NCBI GenBank assembly: GCA_013314775.1
Contig: JABUFB010000008.1
Location: 725,036-789,035, forward strand
Direction: 5' to 3'
DNA length: 64,000 nt
Source of the DNA: Armatimonadota bacterium
GTDB taxonomy: Bacteria; Armatimonadota; Zipacnadia; Zipacnadales; JABUFB01
Position 1 is the stretch's first letter. Every line of letters starts with the position of its first letter. Both the position numbers and the translations under genes were made by a program. The notes below the pieces were generated by a model, which was given only the letters and a program-made list of their open reading frames with translations, was not told where the DNA came from and made no database searches. Of this stretch, positions 37,095-46,527 are shown one piece after another.

Positions 37095-37819
37095 TCGCCC
37101 AGTCGGGCGATAGCTTCCGCCTGTTTCGCCATGAGCGCTCTGATTCCGTCCTGCCCGAGACTCATCATCTGGTTCAGCTGCTCGAAGCTGAAGGCGCCAT
37201 CCTCGGCGGTGGCCTGGATCTCCACGATCTTCCCCTCACCGGTCATGATCAGATTCAGGTCCACACCGGCCTTGCTGTCTTCTTCGAAACAAAGGTCCAG
37301 CATGGGTTCGCCGGCAACGATCCCCACCGAGACCGCGGCCACCTGAGTGACCAGCGGACTGCGCTTGATAACGCGGCGCTTCTCCAAGTTCTTTGTGGCT
37401 TGCGCAAGAGCCACATAGGCACCGGTGATGGAGGCTGTCCGGGTGCCGCCGTCAGCCTGGAGCACGTCGCAGTCGAGAGTGATGGTGCGCTGCCCGAGAA
37501 GCTTCAAGTCGCACGCGGCCCGCAGTGCGCGACCGATGAGACGCTGGATCTCGAGAGTGCGCCCCCCCTGTTTGCCAGTCGCCGCCTCGCGGCTGGAGCG
37601 TTCGGAGGTCGCTCGCGGAAGCATTCCGTACTCTGCGGTGATCCAGCCCTGGTCGGAGTCCATGAGCCACCGGGGCACGCGGTCCTCAATGGAGGCAGTC
37701 ACGTGCACTTTGGTGTCGCCCTGCACGATGAGACACGAGCCTTCCGCGTATTTATTTACACCCACCAGCAGCTTGATGTCTCGAAGGTCAGCGTTGCCAC
37801 GTCCGTCAGATCGAATCAA
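37091..37819 (-). CDS. rph: Ribonuclease PH.
   Basis: It has MIRSDGRGNADLR...CDVLQADGGTRTASITGA. Its stop overlaps the AKR start (ATGA). Confidence 0.9.
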   Translation of the reverse strand: MIRSDGRGNADLRDIKLLVGVNKYAEGSCLIVQGDTKVHVTASIEDRVPRWLMDSDQGWITAEYGMLPRATSERSSREAATGKQGGRTLEIQRLIGRALRAACDLKLLGQRTITLDCDVLQADGGTRTASITGAYVALAQATKNLEKRRVIKRSPLVTQVAAVSVGIVAGEPMLDLCFEEDSKAGVDLNLIMTGEGKIVEIQATAEDGAFSFEQLNQMMSLGQDGIRALMAKQAEAIARLGE

Positions 37820-37858
37820 AGCGTCTCGTTCCTTCCCGGTAATTGTTTCGTGCTGGGA

Positions 37859-39502
37859 TTACATTCGCCCCGGCGCCCCGGTGCCCTCCACGAACTGCCG
37901 CAAACCCTCGCAGATGGCCACGGCAGCCCTCTCGCGGGTCGTGTCCTGCTGCAAGAGGGCTTCCTCCGTGTCGCTGTTCAGAAACATCAGCTCCACGAGC
38001 ACTGCGGGCATTCGGGTCTCGCGGATGACCACGAACCGGGCCTGCTTCAAGCCGCGGTCAGGTCGCTTGAGCGCCGCAACCAGAGATTGCTGCATAATCA
38101 TACCCAGGCACTTGCTGGCCTGGCGATAGTAGAAGGTCTCGGTGCCAATACCCTCGTTCCGCCGGGGCATGGCATTGCAATGAATGCTGACAAACATGTC
38201 CGCCCCGAGGCGGTTGGCAAAACCAGCGCGGTCATAGAGATCCACAAAACGGTCATCATCCCGGGTCATGCGAGCAAGCACACCACGGCTGCGCAGAATC
38301 CGCGCTGCTCGTTGGGCCACGTCGAGAGTGACTTCCTTCTCCTTGAGCACCTTGCCCGAAGCGCCGTTGTCCTTGCCACCGTGCCCGGCGTCGAGAACTA
38401 CCCGCTTCCCTTCCAGCTGCTCGCGCCGGAAGACAATCTCCAAACCCGCGGGAGCGATGGGGTTCACGTCGAACTGGATCAGTTCGCGCAGGTTGAGGGT
38501 GAGGGTGGTCTGCGGCGGGTCTCCGTCCTGGTCCACGGTCACCGACTCGACGAACTCGCCGAACATGGGCAGATCGCGTTCGCTAGTGCCGGATCGCGTG
38601 TCGGCAAAACTCACGGTGATGCGCACCGGCCGCATGTGCAGGTCCCAGTTTGGGGTCACAGGCCAGTCCGTGAGAATGCGCAGCCGCTCGGAGTCGTCCG
38701 TGCCTTGCACAAGCGTCACGTCGGTAATCGCCGGGAAACGGCGCTTGACGACGGGCGCATTGTCCGACGGGCTGCCGATGATCATTATCCCGCCATACCC
38801 GCCTGCCGCCGGCTCCCAGCGGCCCGGTTGGTCGCTCCCGAGATCGGCAACCACTCTAGCGGTCGGCGGCTGAGGAACCGGTACTCCCAGGCGCACCCTG
38901 GCAAGCGGGCCGGTGTGGATATACTGGATCATCGGCACGTCAGGGGCAATCTCGGCGCCGCGCAGGTCAACATAGAAGCGGGTGGGGGCAGCCATGCGTT
39001 CGGTATTTCCCGTCACCGGCGCGGAGCAGTCCAAACGGATTCGCGCACCGCGCGCATCCGCACGCACTTCCACTTGAGTCAGGACCGCATTGGCCAGCAC
39101 GAATGCGTCGCCCTTCTTCCAGCGGAAGGAGAGGCCGAGAGCCGTGAGCACTGGTTCAAGAGGTCCGTAGCAGGTGCCCTGGCGCAGTTCGATCTTGCGC
39201 GGAAGCACGCGGGGATTGCCGGCAATCTGAGCGGTGGCGCTGCCGACTGCGAGCTTCACGCTCTGCCCGCGCGCCGTGGTCAGGGTAAGTGTCTGCTCAG
39301 CCTTGTTCCAGTCCGCGCGCGCGGAAGCCAGTCGGGCAGCATCAGCGAGTGGGCCGCAGACAACGCCGTCCAGAACCAGCGCTGCCGGGCCGCTATCCAG
39401 GGCCCGGCCGCATATAACAACGCCCACCGGCTCCTGCGCCACGCAGACGCCGGCGAAAATGATCGTTCCGAGGACCCACACGCCACCAAGACGGCTACCC
39501 AT
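37859..39502 (-). CDS. N-acetylmuramoyl-L-alanine amidase (Amidase_3) with N-terminal AMIN-like domains and a signal peptide.
   Basis: VVLDAGHGGKDNGA...FVSIHCNA is the Amidase_3 zinc-site pattern. The N-terminus is a secretion signal. Confidence 0.8.
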   Translation of the reverse strand: MGSRLGGVWVLGTIIFAGVCVAQEPVGVVICGRALDSGPAALVLDGVVCGPLADAARLASARADWNKAEQTLTLTTARGQSVKLAVGSATAQIAGNPRVLPRKIELRQGTCYGPLEPVLTALGLSFRWKKGDAFVLANAVLTQVEVRADARGARIRLDCSAPVTGNTERMAAPTRFYVDLRGAEIAPDVPMIQYIHTGPLARVRLGVPVPQPPTARVVADLGSDQPGRWEPAAGGYGGIMIIGSPSDNAPVVKRRFPAITDVTLVQGTDDSERLRILTDWPVTPNWDLHMRPVRITVSFADTRSGTSERDLPMFGEFVESVTVDQDGDPPQTTLTLNLRELIQFDVNPIAPAGLEIVFRREQLEGKRVVLDAGHGGKDNGASGKVLKEKEVTLDVAQRAARILRSRGVLARMTRDDDRFVDLYDRAGFANRLGADMFVSIHCNAMPRRNEGIGTETFYYRQASKCLGMIMQQSLVAALKRPDRGLKQARFVVIRETRMPAVLVELMFLNSDTEEALLQQDTTRERAAVAICEGLRQFVEGTGAPGRM

Positions 39503-39600
39503 CGGCTACCCAGTCCCGTGTTGCGGTCTGTGATGCAGGCTTCGATGCGATATCACGGGGCCGAGACTGCCGCCACAGCGCGCGGCGATCCCGGACAAGC

Positions 39601-39626
39601 ACACTAAAAGGCCCGGCATAACCGGG
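39601..39626 (-). terminator. Intrinsic terminator of ssrA.
   Basis: On the minus strand, GCCCGG-uuaug-CCGGGC is followed by CUUUUAG, immediately 3' of the tmRNA CCA end. Confidence 0.5.
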
Positions 39627-39643
39627 CAGATCCACCGTGTTGG

Positions 39644-39990
39644 TTGGTGGAGGCGGCGGGAATCGAACCCGCGTCCGAAGAGAGGAACGACACTGCGTCT
39701 ACGAGCGTAGCGGCCGATTCGATCTCGCCGTGGCTTCCCTGGTCGCCCGGTATCCCCGGCCAGCCCGAATTTGGTTCCCGCGTCCCTTAGCGGGCGTTTG
39801 GGACGTCGGTATCCAACCCAGTTGATGTCTCATCCGAAGCGGGTTGGCTCGCCCCGGGAGACATGGCTACGTTAAGCAGCCAGTGCCAGTTCGTTGTTGG
39901 CAGTTATTCTTTTCCCGCGTTTTACGAGACTCGGGGATCTCGGCTCGCAGCCTTGCCTTTCCTGTCTCCCCGTCGAAACCAATCGCCCCC
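39644..39990 (-). ncRNA. ssrA: tmRNA (SsrA) with encoded tag peptide (A)ANNELALAA.
   Basis: The minus-strand 5' end is GGGGGCGAUUGGUUUCGACGGGG. The 3' end is GGACGCGGGUUCGAUUCCCGCCGCCUCCACCA (T-arm, acceptor stem with a G3-U pair, CCA). The internal reading frame is GCC AAC AAC GAA CUG GCA CUG GCU GCU UAA. Confidence 0.88.
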
Positions 39991-40120
39991 AAACCGCACT
40001 CACAAAGCTATTATACCCCCAAGATGGGGGTGGGTCAAACATACGGCGAATGCATAGTTTATGGTGAACAGTTGATAGTGAACGGCGAGCGCAAAGGACC
40101 ACCGGAGCGCAACGGCCCGG

Positions 40121-41236
40121 TCACTTCACCCCGAACACATGCATCGTGGTCTGCCGGTACACCTGTCCCGGTCGCAGGACGACGGATGGGAACTCGGGTT
40201 TGTTGATGGAGTCCGGGTAGTGCTGGGTCTCCAGGCAGAACCCCCCGTGCTTCTGGTAGACCACGCCGCCCTTGCCCTTGAGGGTGCCGTCCAGGAAGTT
40301 CCCGGTGTACAGCTGGATGCCGGGTTCCGTCGTGTAGATCTCCATCACGCGCCCCGTGGTAATCTCCTCAACCCGCGCAGCGAAGGCCAACTTACCGCCG
40401 CCTGAATCCAGGCAGAAATTGTGGTCATATCCGCCCGGGTCGCCCGTCATCATGTCGATGTCCCGGCCAATGCGCTTGGGGCGGGTGAAGTCCAGCGGCG
40501 TGCCGGCCACGGGTGCGATCTCGCCCGTGGGAATGAGAGTGTCATCCACCGGCGTATAGTGCGAGGCCGCCAGGGTCAGGCGATGGCCGAGAATATCCCC
40601 CTTCTCCGGACCGGCCAGATTGAAGTAGCTGTGGTGCGTGAGGTTGACCGGGGTGGCCTTGTCGGTAGTGGCCCGGTAGTCGATGCGCAGGGCGTTGTCA
40701 TTGGTGAGGGTGTATGTGACGCGCACTCGCAGGTTTCCCGGGAACCCCTCTTCCCCATCTGGGCTCAGGTATTCGAAACGCACCGCCGGACCGGCGGCAG
40801 TCCGGAGCGGCGTGGCCTTCCATACCACCTTGTCAAAGCCCACAATGCCGCCATGGAGGGTGTTCGGGCCATTGTTGGCCGCAAGGAGGTACTCCTTGCC
40901 ATCCAGCGTGAACCTAGCTCCCCCAATGCGGTTCGCCACCCGGCCCACGGTTGCGCCGAAGTACGGGTGCCCGGCGAGGTACGCGTCCAGATTGTCGAAG
41001 CCCAGGACCACATCGCCCAATTTGCCTTCGCGGTCCGGTACGTGCAGTTCAGTAAGCAGCGCGCCGTAGGTCATGATCTTCGCGACCAGGCCGTTGACGT
41101 TAGTCAGGACGTACAGGTCCACGGGCTTGCCTTGCTCGGGAGTTTTCCCGAAGTCCAGGCGCTGGATGCTCGGCCTCGCGGCGAAGCTCGTGGAGATGAG
41201 AATGAGAAGGCAACTACACAACACGGTGGCGCGCAT
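40121..41236 (-). CDS. galM: Aldose 1-epimerase (galactose mutarotase family), secreted.
   Basis: The mutarotase core is GATVGRVANRI...F.LDGKEY.L..NNGPN.LHGG. The catalytic His/Glu context is present, along with a signal peptide. Confidence 0.85.
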   Translation of the reverse strand: MRATVLCSCLLILISTSFAARPSIQRLDFGKTPEQGKPVDLYVLTNVNGLVAKIMTYGALLTELHVPDREGKLGDVVLGFDNLDAYLAGHPYFGATVGRVANRIGGARFTLDGKEYLLAANNGPNTLHGGIVGFDKVVWKATPLRTAAGPAVRFEYLSPDGEEGFPGNLRVRVTYTLTNDNALRIDYRATTDKATPVNLTHHSYFNLAGPEKGDILGHRLTLAASHYTPVDDTLIPTGEIAPVAGTPLDFTRPKRIGRDIDMMTGDPGGYDHNFCLDSGGGKLAFAARVEEITTGRVMEIYTTEPGIQLYTGNFLDGTLKGKGGVVYQKHGGFCLETQHYPDSINKPEFPSVVLRPGQVYRQTTMHVFGVK

Positions 41237-41290
41237 GGTGAGGCCTCCTTCGTATCTGTGGCTGAGACTGGTCAGCGGTTCCGCTGCCCC

Positions 41291-42235
41291 TCAGTCGTCG
41301 AAACTATTGTCTTTGATGAACTGAATCAGCTCTGTCAGCGTGGTCGTCGCCAGGCAGACGCAGGTGTCCGCCGCGCCGTAGTACACCCGGAGTTCGTCGG
41401 TCTCCGGGTCGTGGGTCGCAGCCACCGGAAAGACCACGTTCGGCGTGTCGCCCACACATTCATAGAGGGCTGTGGGCGCAAGGATGTAGCGGCTGGTGCG
41501 ATAGAGCACCCTCCACGGCTCGTCAAGATCAAGAAGCGCCGCACCCGCGCTGTAGACGAAGCCATTGCAGGACGTGAGCACCCCGTGATAGATCATTACC
41601 CACCCTTCAGGGGTCTCGATGGGCACGGGTCCCGCGCCGATCTTCGTGCTCTGCCACCCGCCGCGCCGGCCCATGACGAACCGATGCTTGCCCCAGTAGA
41701 TCAGGTCTTTCGAGAAGCACAGGAAGATGTCGCCGAAGGGCGTGTGGCCCATGTCGCTGGGCCGGTGGAGCATACAGTACTCCCCATTGATCTTGCGCGG
41801 GAAAAGCACCGCATTGCGATTGCACGGCGGCAGGGCTATCTCCAGAAGCTCAAAGTCCTCGAAGTCGTCAGTCACTCCCATGCCGATGCACGGGCCGTGG
41901 TAGCCATGGCACCAAGTCACGTAGTAGCGGCCGTCAAGCTGGGTGATGCGCGGGTCATAGCCGTACTCGAAGCGCGAGAGATCACAATTGCCACAGCGCC
42001 ACCGGATCGGTTCCGGCGAAATGTGCCAGTCGATGCCGTCCTTGCTCTGGCCGGAGTGAAGCGTCATGTTCCGGGCCTGGTCGTCCACCCGGAAGACCCC
42101 CCGGTACTCGTCGCCCACCCGGATGACGCTGCTGTTCATGATGCTGTTGGAGGTGGGCGTCGCATTGCGGTGGATGATGGGGTTACCGGGATAGCGCTTC
42201 AGGAGTGGCTCGTTTGCTGGACTGAGTTCGTGCAT
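41291..42235 (-). CDS. Glycoside hydrolase family 130 (beta-mannoside phosphorylase / DUF377) protein.
   Basis: The five-bladed propeller signature is YPGNPII...SVIRVGDEYRGVFRVDD...GIDW...DPRIT...DGRYYVTW, typical of GH130. Confidence 0.8.
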   Translation of the reverse strand: MHELSPANEPLLKRYPGNPIIHRNATPTSNSIMNSSVIRVGDEYRGVFRVDDQARNMTLHSGQSKDGIDWHISPEPIRWRCGNCDLSRFEYGYDPRITQLDGRYYVTWCHGYHGPCIGMGVTDDFEDFELLEIALPPCNRNAVLFPRKINGEYCMLHRPSDMGHTPFGDIFLCFSKDLIYWGKHRFVMGRRGGWQSTKIGAGPVPIETPEGWVMIYHGVLTSCNGFVYSAGAALLDLDEPWRVLYRTSRYILAPTALYECVGDTPNVVFPVAATHDPETDELRVYYGAADTCVCLATTTLTELIQFIKDNSFDD

Positions 42236-42256
42236 GGTGCCTCACCGGTGTCCGAT

Positions 42257-43531
42257 TCAATGAACGGCGTTGAACTCGCGGATCGCGTCGAACATCGCCA
42301 GCAAATTCGGGACCGGCGTGTTCGGCTGGATATTGTGGATGGTGTTGAAAACGAACCCGCCTCCAGGAGCGAAGACTTCCAGGCGCTCCAGGACCTCGGC
42401 GCGCACTTCCTCGGGCGTGCCGAAGGGCAGCGTGCGCTGGGTGTCGACTCCGCCACCCCAGAAGGTGATGCGGTCGCCGAAATCCGCCTTCAGCCCCCGC
42501 GCCTCCATGCCATCCGCAGAGCATTGGACCGGGTTCAGGATGTCAAAGCCGGCGTCGATGAAGTCTTCCAGAAGCGGGCGAATGCCGCCGCAGGAGTGGA
42601 TGAAGGTCTTCCACCGGGTGTTCGCGTGGATCCAGTCATTCACCGCGCGATGGAAGGGCTTGAACAGGTCGCGGTAGCTCTCCACCGACGCAAAGGGCCC
42701 GCGCTGGGTCCCGAAGTCGGTCCCGGTAACCATTGCGACCTGCACGGCGTCACCAACCACCGCGGCGATGCGCTCGAGGTTGCGAAGGGCGATTTCGCAC
42801 TGTCTGGCGAAAACGATCTTCACATAGTCGCGGCGGGCGACCGTGGATATGTACCATTCCTCCACGTCGCGGATTCCCTTCGGATGCTTCAGGAAAGGCG
42901 CAGGGACAAGGGCAATGTCACCGAATCCAGTGCCGCCGAAATTGGCGACCACTGCCCGGTCTGACGCATCCAGGTCTGCAGCCAGAGTGCTGTAGCGCGC
43001 CAGTTCACCCTCAGTGACCGGCTGAAACTCCTCCAGATTGTCTTCAGGGTCCAGGCTCGCGTCGTCAATCGGCTCCTGTCGAATAATGCTGTCGAAGTAG
43101 AAGCCGCCCGCGGGCATCCGGCCACTGGGCGGCACAGTCTGGTCGCCGCCAGGGTACTGGAGCAGATCGCCGTTGGGTTCGGGCTGGGTGTTGAAGCCTC
43201 CCGGAACGAGGACCGGCGTCCCGTCCGGCATGTCCCAGGGCTTCCAGTCCTCGGCGGGGTACCCGAAGAGGGTGTCCTTCCCGCCGATGCCCACGGTGTC
43301 GATGCCCAGAGCTTCGCGCAGATCATCGGTGACTTCGCCCAGCATCTGGTACGGCTCGATCACCCGTACGCGATCACCGGGCTTGTCAAGACCCAGCGCC
43401 AGGCGCAGCTTCGACAGCGTAGACGCAGAGATGCCCGAGACCGGCGTGGCGCCGATGTCCAGGGGCACGCGGTCAGGCTCGCGATGGTCGATTGCCGCAA
43501 GGACTCTCTCGCGGGAGGTCATGTCGCCCAC
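42257..43531 (-). CDS. Uroporphyrinogen-decarboxylase (URO-D) family protein, non-heme-pathway paralog.
   Basis: The N-terminus (ERVLAAIDHREPDRVP) and the overall TIM-barrel URO-D layout fit the family. It is embedded in a sugar-catabolic operon. Confidence 0.65.
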   Translation of the reverse strand: MGDMTSRERVLAAIDHREPDRVPLDIGATPVSGISASTLSKLRLALGLDKPGDRVRVIEPYQMLGEVTDDLREALGIDTVGIGGKDTLFGYPAEDWKPWDMPDGTPVLVPGGFNTQPEPNGDLLQYPGGDQTVPPSGRMPAGGFYFDSIIRQEPIDDASLDPEDNLEEFQPVTEGELARYSTLAADLDASDRAVVANFGGTGFGDIALVPAPFLKHPKGIRDVEEWYISTVARRDYVKIVFARQCEIALRNLERIAAVVGDAVQVAMVTGTDFGTQRGPFASVESYRDLFKPFHRAVNDWIHANTRWKTFIHSCGGIRPLLEDFIDAGFDILNPVQCSADGMEARGLKADFGDRITFWGGGVDTQRTLPFGTPEEVRAEVLERLEVFAPGGGFVFNTIHNIQPNTPVPNLLAMFDAIREFNAVH

Positions 43532-43542
43532 CTCGGGTCAAG

Positions 43543-44469
43543 TCACGGGAAGAGCACGTCGGCTTCTTCCTTGACGATGCGCTTGATGTCCTGCTCGCAC
43601 TCGGGCGTCAGCGGGTAGCGCAGGAAATGCCGCCAGGTGCTGAAGATGCCCATCTCCACGAGAAGCCGCTTCTGCCCGGCCAGCCAGCACGCGATGCTCT
43701 CGCCCCCGAAAACCGCGTACATCATGGTGTTCATGCGCTCCTGCAAGGCATTCGCAGTGGTCAGATCGCCGGACTTCACCGCCTGCATGATGAGCCCCGC
43801 CAGGTAGCCGTTGAAGATTCCGCCGCCCAGCAGGAGTCCGTCGTAGCCGGCCGCCAGGTAATCCACGCACTTGAACTCGTTCCCGTTGAGCAGAAGCAGG
43901 TCTGGGCGCTTGCGGCGGGCTTCGAGAGCGATCTTCCGGCGGCCGTCATCCGAAGAGCTGTCCTTGACGAGGACCACATTGTCTTCGGCGTAGATGTTGG
44001 CCAGGACTTCATCCGGGACCACCACAGCTCCGAGCTTGCCACGGTCGTAGACGCCTACTGGCAAGGAGCTGTCACGGATCGCTTCCTGATACAGAGCGAG
44101 AATGTTGTCCGGCGTTGCGTTCAGGAGGAAGTAGGGCGGCGCGATAACCGCCACGTCCGCGCCGTCCTCGGCAGCCATCGCGATGTTGTCGAGGATCCGC
44201 GCAGAGGAGTTGTCGGTGACCTGCACCGCGATTACCAGCCGTCCCGCAGAAGCCTTCACGGTGGCTCTGACCAACGCACGGCGGGTCGAATCGGGCATCC
44301 AGGCGCCTTCACCGCAAGTCCCTGCGAGGAACAGGCCTTTCACCCCCAGGCGCAAATGGTGCTCCACCATGCGCTCCACCGAGGCTTCGTCCAGCGTCAT
44401 GTCGTCATTGAAAGGCGTGGGCGTCGCCGACCACACTCCGGCAAGTTTGTCACGGCTCAGCGCGGCCAT
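43543..44469 (-). CDS. DapA/NanA family lyase (dihydrodipicolinate synthase / N-acetylneuraminate lyase superfamily).
   Basis: GLFLAGTCGEG is present. The Schiff-base lysine lies in the VLVKDSS region, and a tyrosine-containing motif is present. Confidence 0.8.
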   Translation of the reverse strand: MAALSRDKLAGVWSATPTPFNDDMTLDEASVERMVEHHLRLGVKGLFLAGTCGEGAWMPDSTRRALVRATVKASAGRLVIAVQVTDNSSARILDNIAMAAEDGADVAVIAPPYFLLNATPDNILALYQEAIRDSSLPVGVYDRGKLGAVVVPDEVLANIYAEDNVVLVKDSSSDDGRRKIALEARRKRPDLLLLNGNEFKCVDYLAAGYDGLLLGGGIFNGYLAGLIMQAVKSGDLTTANALQERMNTMMYAVFGGESIACWLAGQKRLLVEMGIFSTWRHFLRYPLTPECEQDIKRIVKEEADVLFP

Positions 44470-44552
44470 AGTGTGTCTCCCTGTCTGTTGTTGACTACCC
44501 GTGAGGGAGATTCTCCCTTTGCTTCCGGGTTCCTTTGTCCCTGCCTTCGGCC

Positions 44553-46475
44553 TCAGAGCTGGTTCTGCTCCCAGGGATTGTCCGGCGGCGGCGCTGGTCG
44601 ATTCAGTCTTCGGAGCAGGTCCTCTATGTCCCGTTCATCCCCCGGCCGGTCCAGGTCCATCGCGAGTTCGGGGCGGTCCAGGATCATCAGTTCGCAGCGC
44701 GCGGCACCGGTCATCCGTTCCAGAAGGCGCGCAAGCGCGGATATGCTCGTGCCGGCCCGCGGGCTGACAAACCCGACCAGGAAGCGGAGCAGAAACCCCG
44801 GCCCGGCGAGTGAGGCGGCAAGCCACGGGCGCCTGCGCAGGACCAGAAACTGCTCCAGAGCGCCACGGAACTCGGCCGCCGCGTCCGGCCGCACCAGCGC
44901 GACGCCGGTGTGGGTCACCCAGCCTTCTTTCACAGGCAGCCAGGCCCAGTGGCGCTCCGGGGCCACCATCTCCGCGGAATCCCGCGACACCAGGGGGAGA
45001 CACAGCTCGGCGTCGCCCGAGCAATGCGCCAGGAACTCGCAGAGCGCCGCGGGAGTGACCGCAGGCAGGTCGCAGGTGACCACCAGGACCCGACGGTGTG
45101 TGCCTATGTCCTCGATGGCGCCCAGCAGGTTCGCGGTGAGCCCCGGCCGTTCTACGATGAGCCGGTCCGCCTTGCCCTCGCCGACCATCTCCCCCAGCAG
45201 GTCATCCGGACCGGCGATGGTGATGCTCTGGACATTGGGCACTTTTCGCAGGGCGTCTATGATGTGGGCGATGCTCGGCTTGCCCAGGATCGGTATCAGC
45301 GCCTTGTGCCCCCAACCGGTCCATTCGGCGAGATCGCGGCCCGAGCTTCCACCGGCGAGGATCAGAGCATCCACATGCTCGCGCGACTCCTGCGGGGTCT
45401 GGCACGCCGCAGAGACGGCAGCGCCCGGGACACGTCTGGTGGAAGGCTCCAGCCAGACCCGCTCGGCCCGACGCTGCGCAACGCCCGTGAGCTTGTCGTC
45501 CTCCAGTAGTCCACGGCGCCGCAGCATGACGTGCTCGAACCCTACGGCGATATGCGCGCCAAACAGGAGCGTCTGGGAGCCGATGAAGGACCACAGTGAG
45601 AAAACGACGACGCCGGTGAGGCCACCGTAGATCGTGCCGAACTGCTGTGACTGAGCGATAATGCTGGTGAATATGTGAGAGACAAGGAGCCACAAAACCG
45701 TCGCGCCCAGTGAGCCCGCCAACACTGCCTGATTAGGGACGCGCTGGACAGGCATGAGCTTGTACACAAGGGCGAACGCCACCCAGACCAGCAAGATCTG
45801 GACGGCCTCCACGAACCATGGCTGAGCGGCGTCCAGAATTGCTGGATTGATCTCCGGGAACTGCAGCAGCCACGTTCGCACCGAGGCCCACAGGGCGTTG
45901 AGAAGCATGAAGCTCCCCAGGAGCAGTCCTGCCACCACCATGCTGTTGAACGCCACCAGCTTCCGGGTGAGGTATCCGCGCGTGATCTTCCCCGGCCAGA
46001 CCTCTGTCAGGCTGCGCTCCAGGGTTTCGAAGAGGCGAATTGCGGCCCAGATCACGGTAACGAGACTTGCGGCGAAGGCAAGATACGCATTGCCCTGCCC
46101 CACGAGTCCGTATGCATCCCCCGAACCCATGGTGCCGATGGGATTTGCAAGCAGCCCCTCGACCATGGGGATGATCCGGTCAGCGGCATTTGGGCCAAGC
46201 TCCCGCGCCGCCTCGCGGATGCGTTCGTACACATCAGTCCCGGGGCCCAGGAGCATCTGCAGCCCGGCGGCGAGGAGCACGGCCAGCGGACCCAGGCAGA
46301 TCAGGGAGTAAAAGGCCACCGCAGCGGCCATGAAATGGGTGCCCGTGAAGTAGAAGCGCAGGTATGCGATCCTGGCAATGCGCAGCCAGAGCACCGCGAT
46401 GCGCAGCGGCGCCCGGGCAACCCGGACAGCCAGTTTCTCCGGTTCAGGGTCTGTCATGTCGCCTTCTCTCAGCAT
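44553..46475 (-). CDS. Fusion protein: N-terminal YihY/BrkB-family polytopic membrane domain plus C-terminal MobA-like nucleotidyltransferase domain.
   Basis: Residues 1 to about 330 have the six-TM YihY (ribonuclease-BN-like/BrkB) pattern. Residues from about 370 carry ALILAGGSSGRDL...GWGHKALIPILGKPSIAHIIDAL, a GT-A-like NTP_transf_3 fold. Confidence 0.6.
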   Translation of the reverse strand: MLREGDMTDPEPEKLAVRVARAPLRIAVLWLRIARIAYLRFYFTGTHFMAAAVAFYSLICLGPLAVLLAAGLQMLLGPGTDVYERIREAARELGPNAADRIIPMVEGLLANPIGTMGSGDAYGLVGQGNAYLAFAASLVTVIWAAIRLFETLERSLTEVWPGKITRGYLTRKLVAFNSMVVAGLLLGSFMLLNALWASVRTWLLQFPEINPAILDAAQPWFVEAVQILLVWVAFALVYKLMPVQRVPNQAVLAGSLGATVLWLLVSHIFTSIIAQSQQFGTIYGGLTGVVVFSLWSFIGSQTLLFGAHIAVGFEHVMLRRRGLLEDDKLTGVAQRRAERVWLEPSTRRVPGAAVSAACQTPQESREHVDALILAGGSSGRDLAEWTGWGHKALIPILGKPSIAHIIDALRKVPNVQSITIAGPDDLLGEMVGEGKADRLIVERPGLTANLLGAIEDIGTHRRVLVVTCDLPAVTPAALCEFLAHCSGDAELCLPLVSRDSAEMVAPERHWAWLPVKEGWVTHTGVALVRPDAAAEFRGALEQFLVLRRRPWLAASLAGPGFLLRFLVGFVSPRAGTSISALARLLERMTGAARCELMILDRPELAMDLDRPGDERDIEDLLRRLNRPAPPPDNPWEQNQL

Positions 46476-46527
46476 GGCGGCCGGCAGAGGATATGCGAAA
46501 AACGGAGCGCTGTTCCCGCTTCTCTTA

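Noticed and set aside
37034-39607. An 857-aa + strand ORF.
   Set aside because: It is antisense to rph and the amidase, has no recognisable domains, and is Arg/His-rich.
39637-40206. Small + strand ORFs (62, 64 and 120 aa).
   Set aside because: They overlap the tmRNA gene and its flanks. The region is explained by ssrA.
40421-42964. An 847-aa + strand ORF.
   Set aside because: It is antisense to galM, GH130 and the URO-D-like gene.
43492-45630. A 712-aa + strand ORF.
   Set aside because: It is antisense to the DapA-like gene and the YihY fusion gene.
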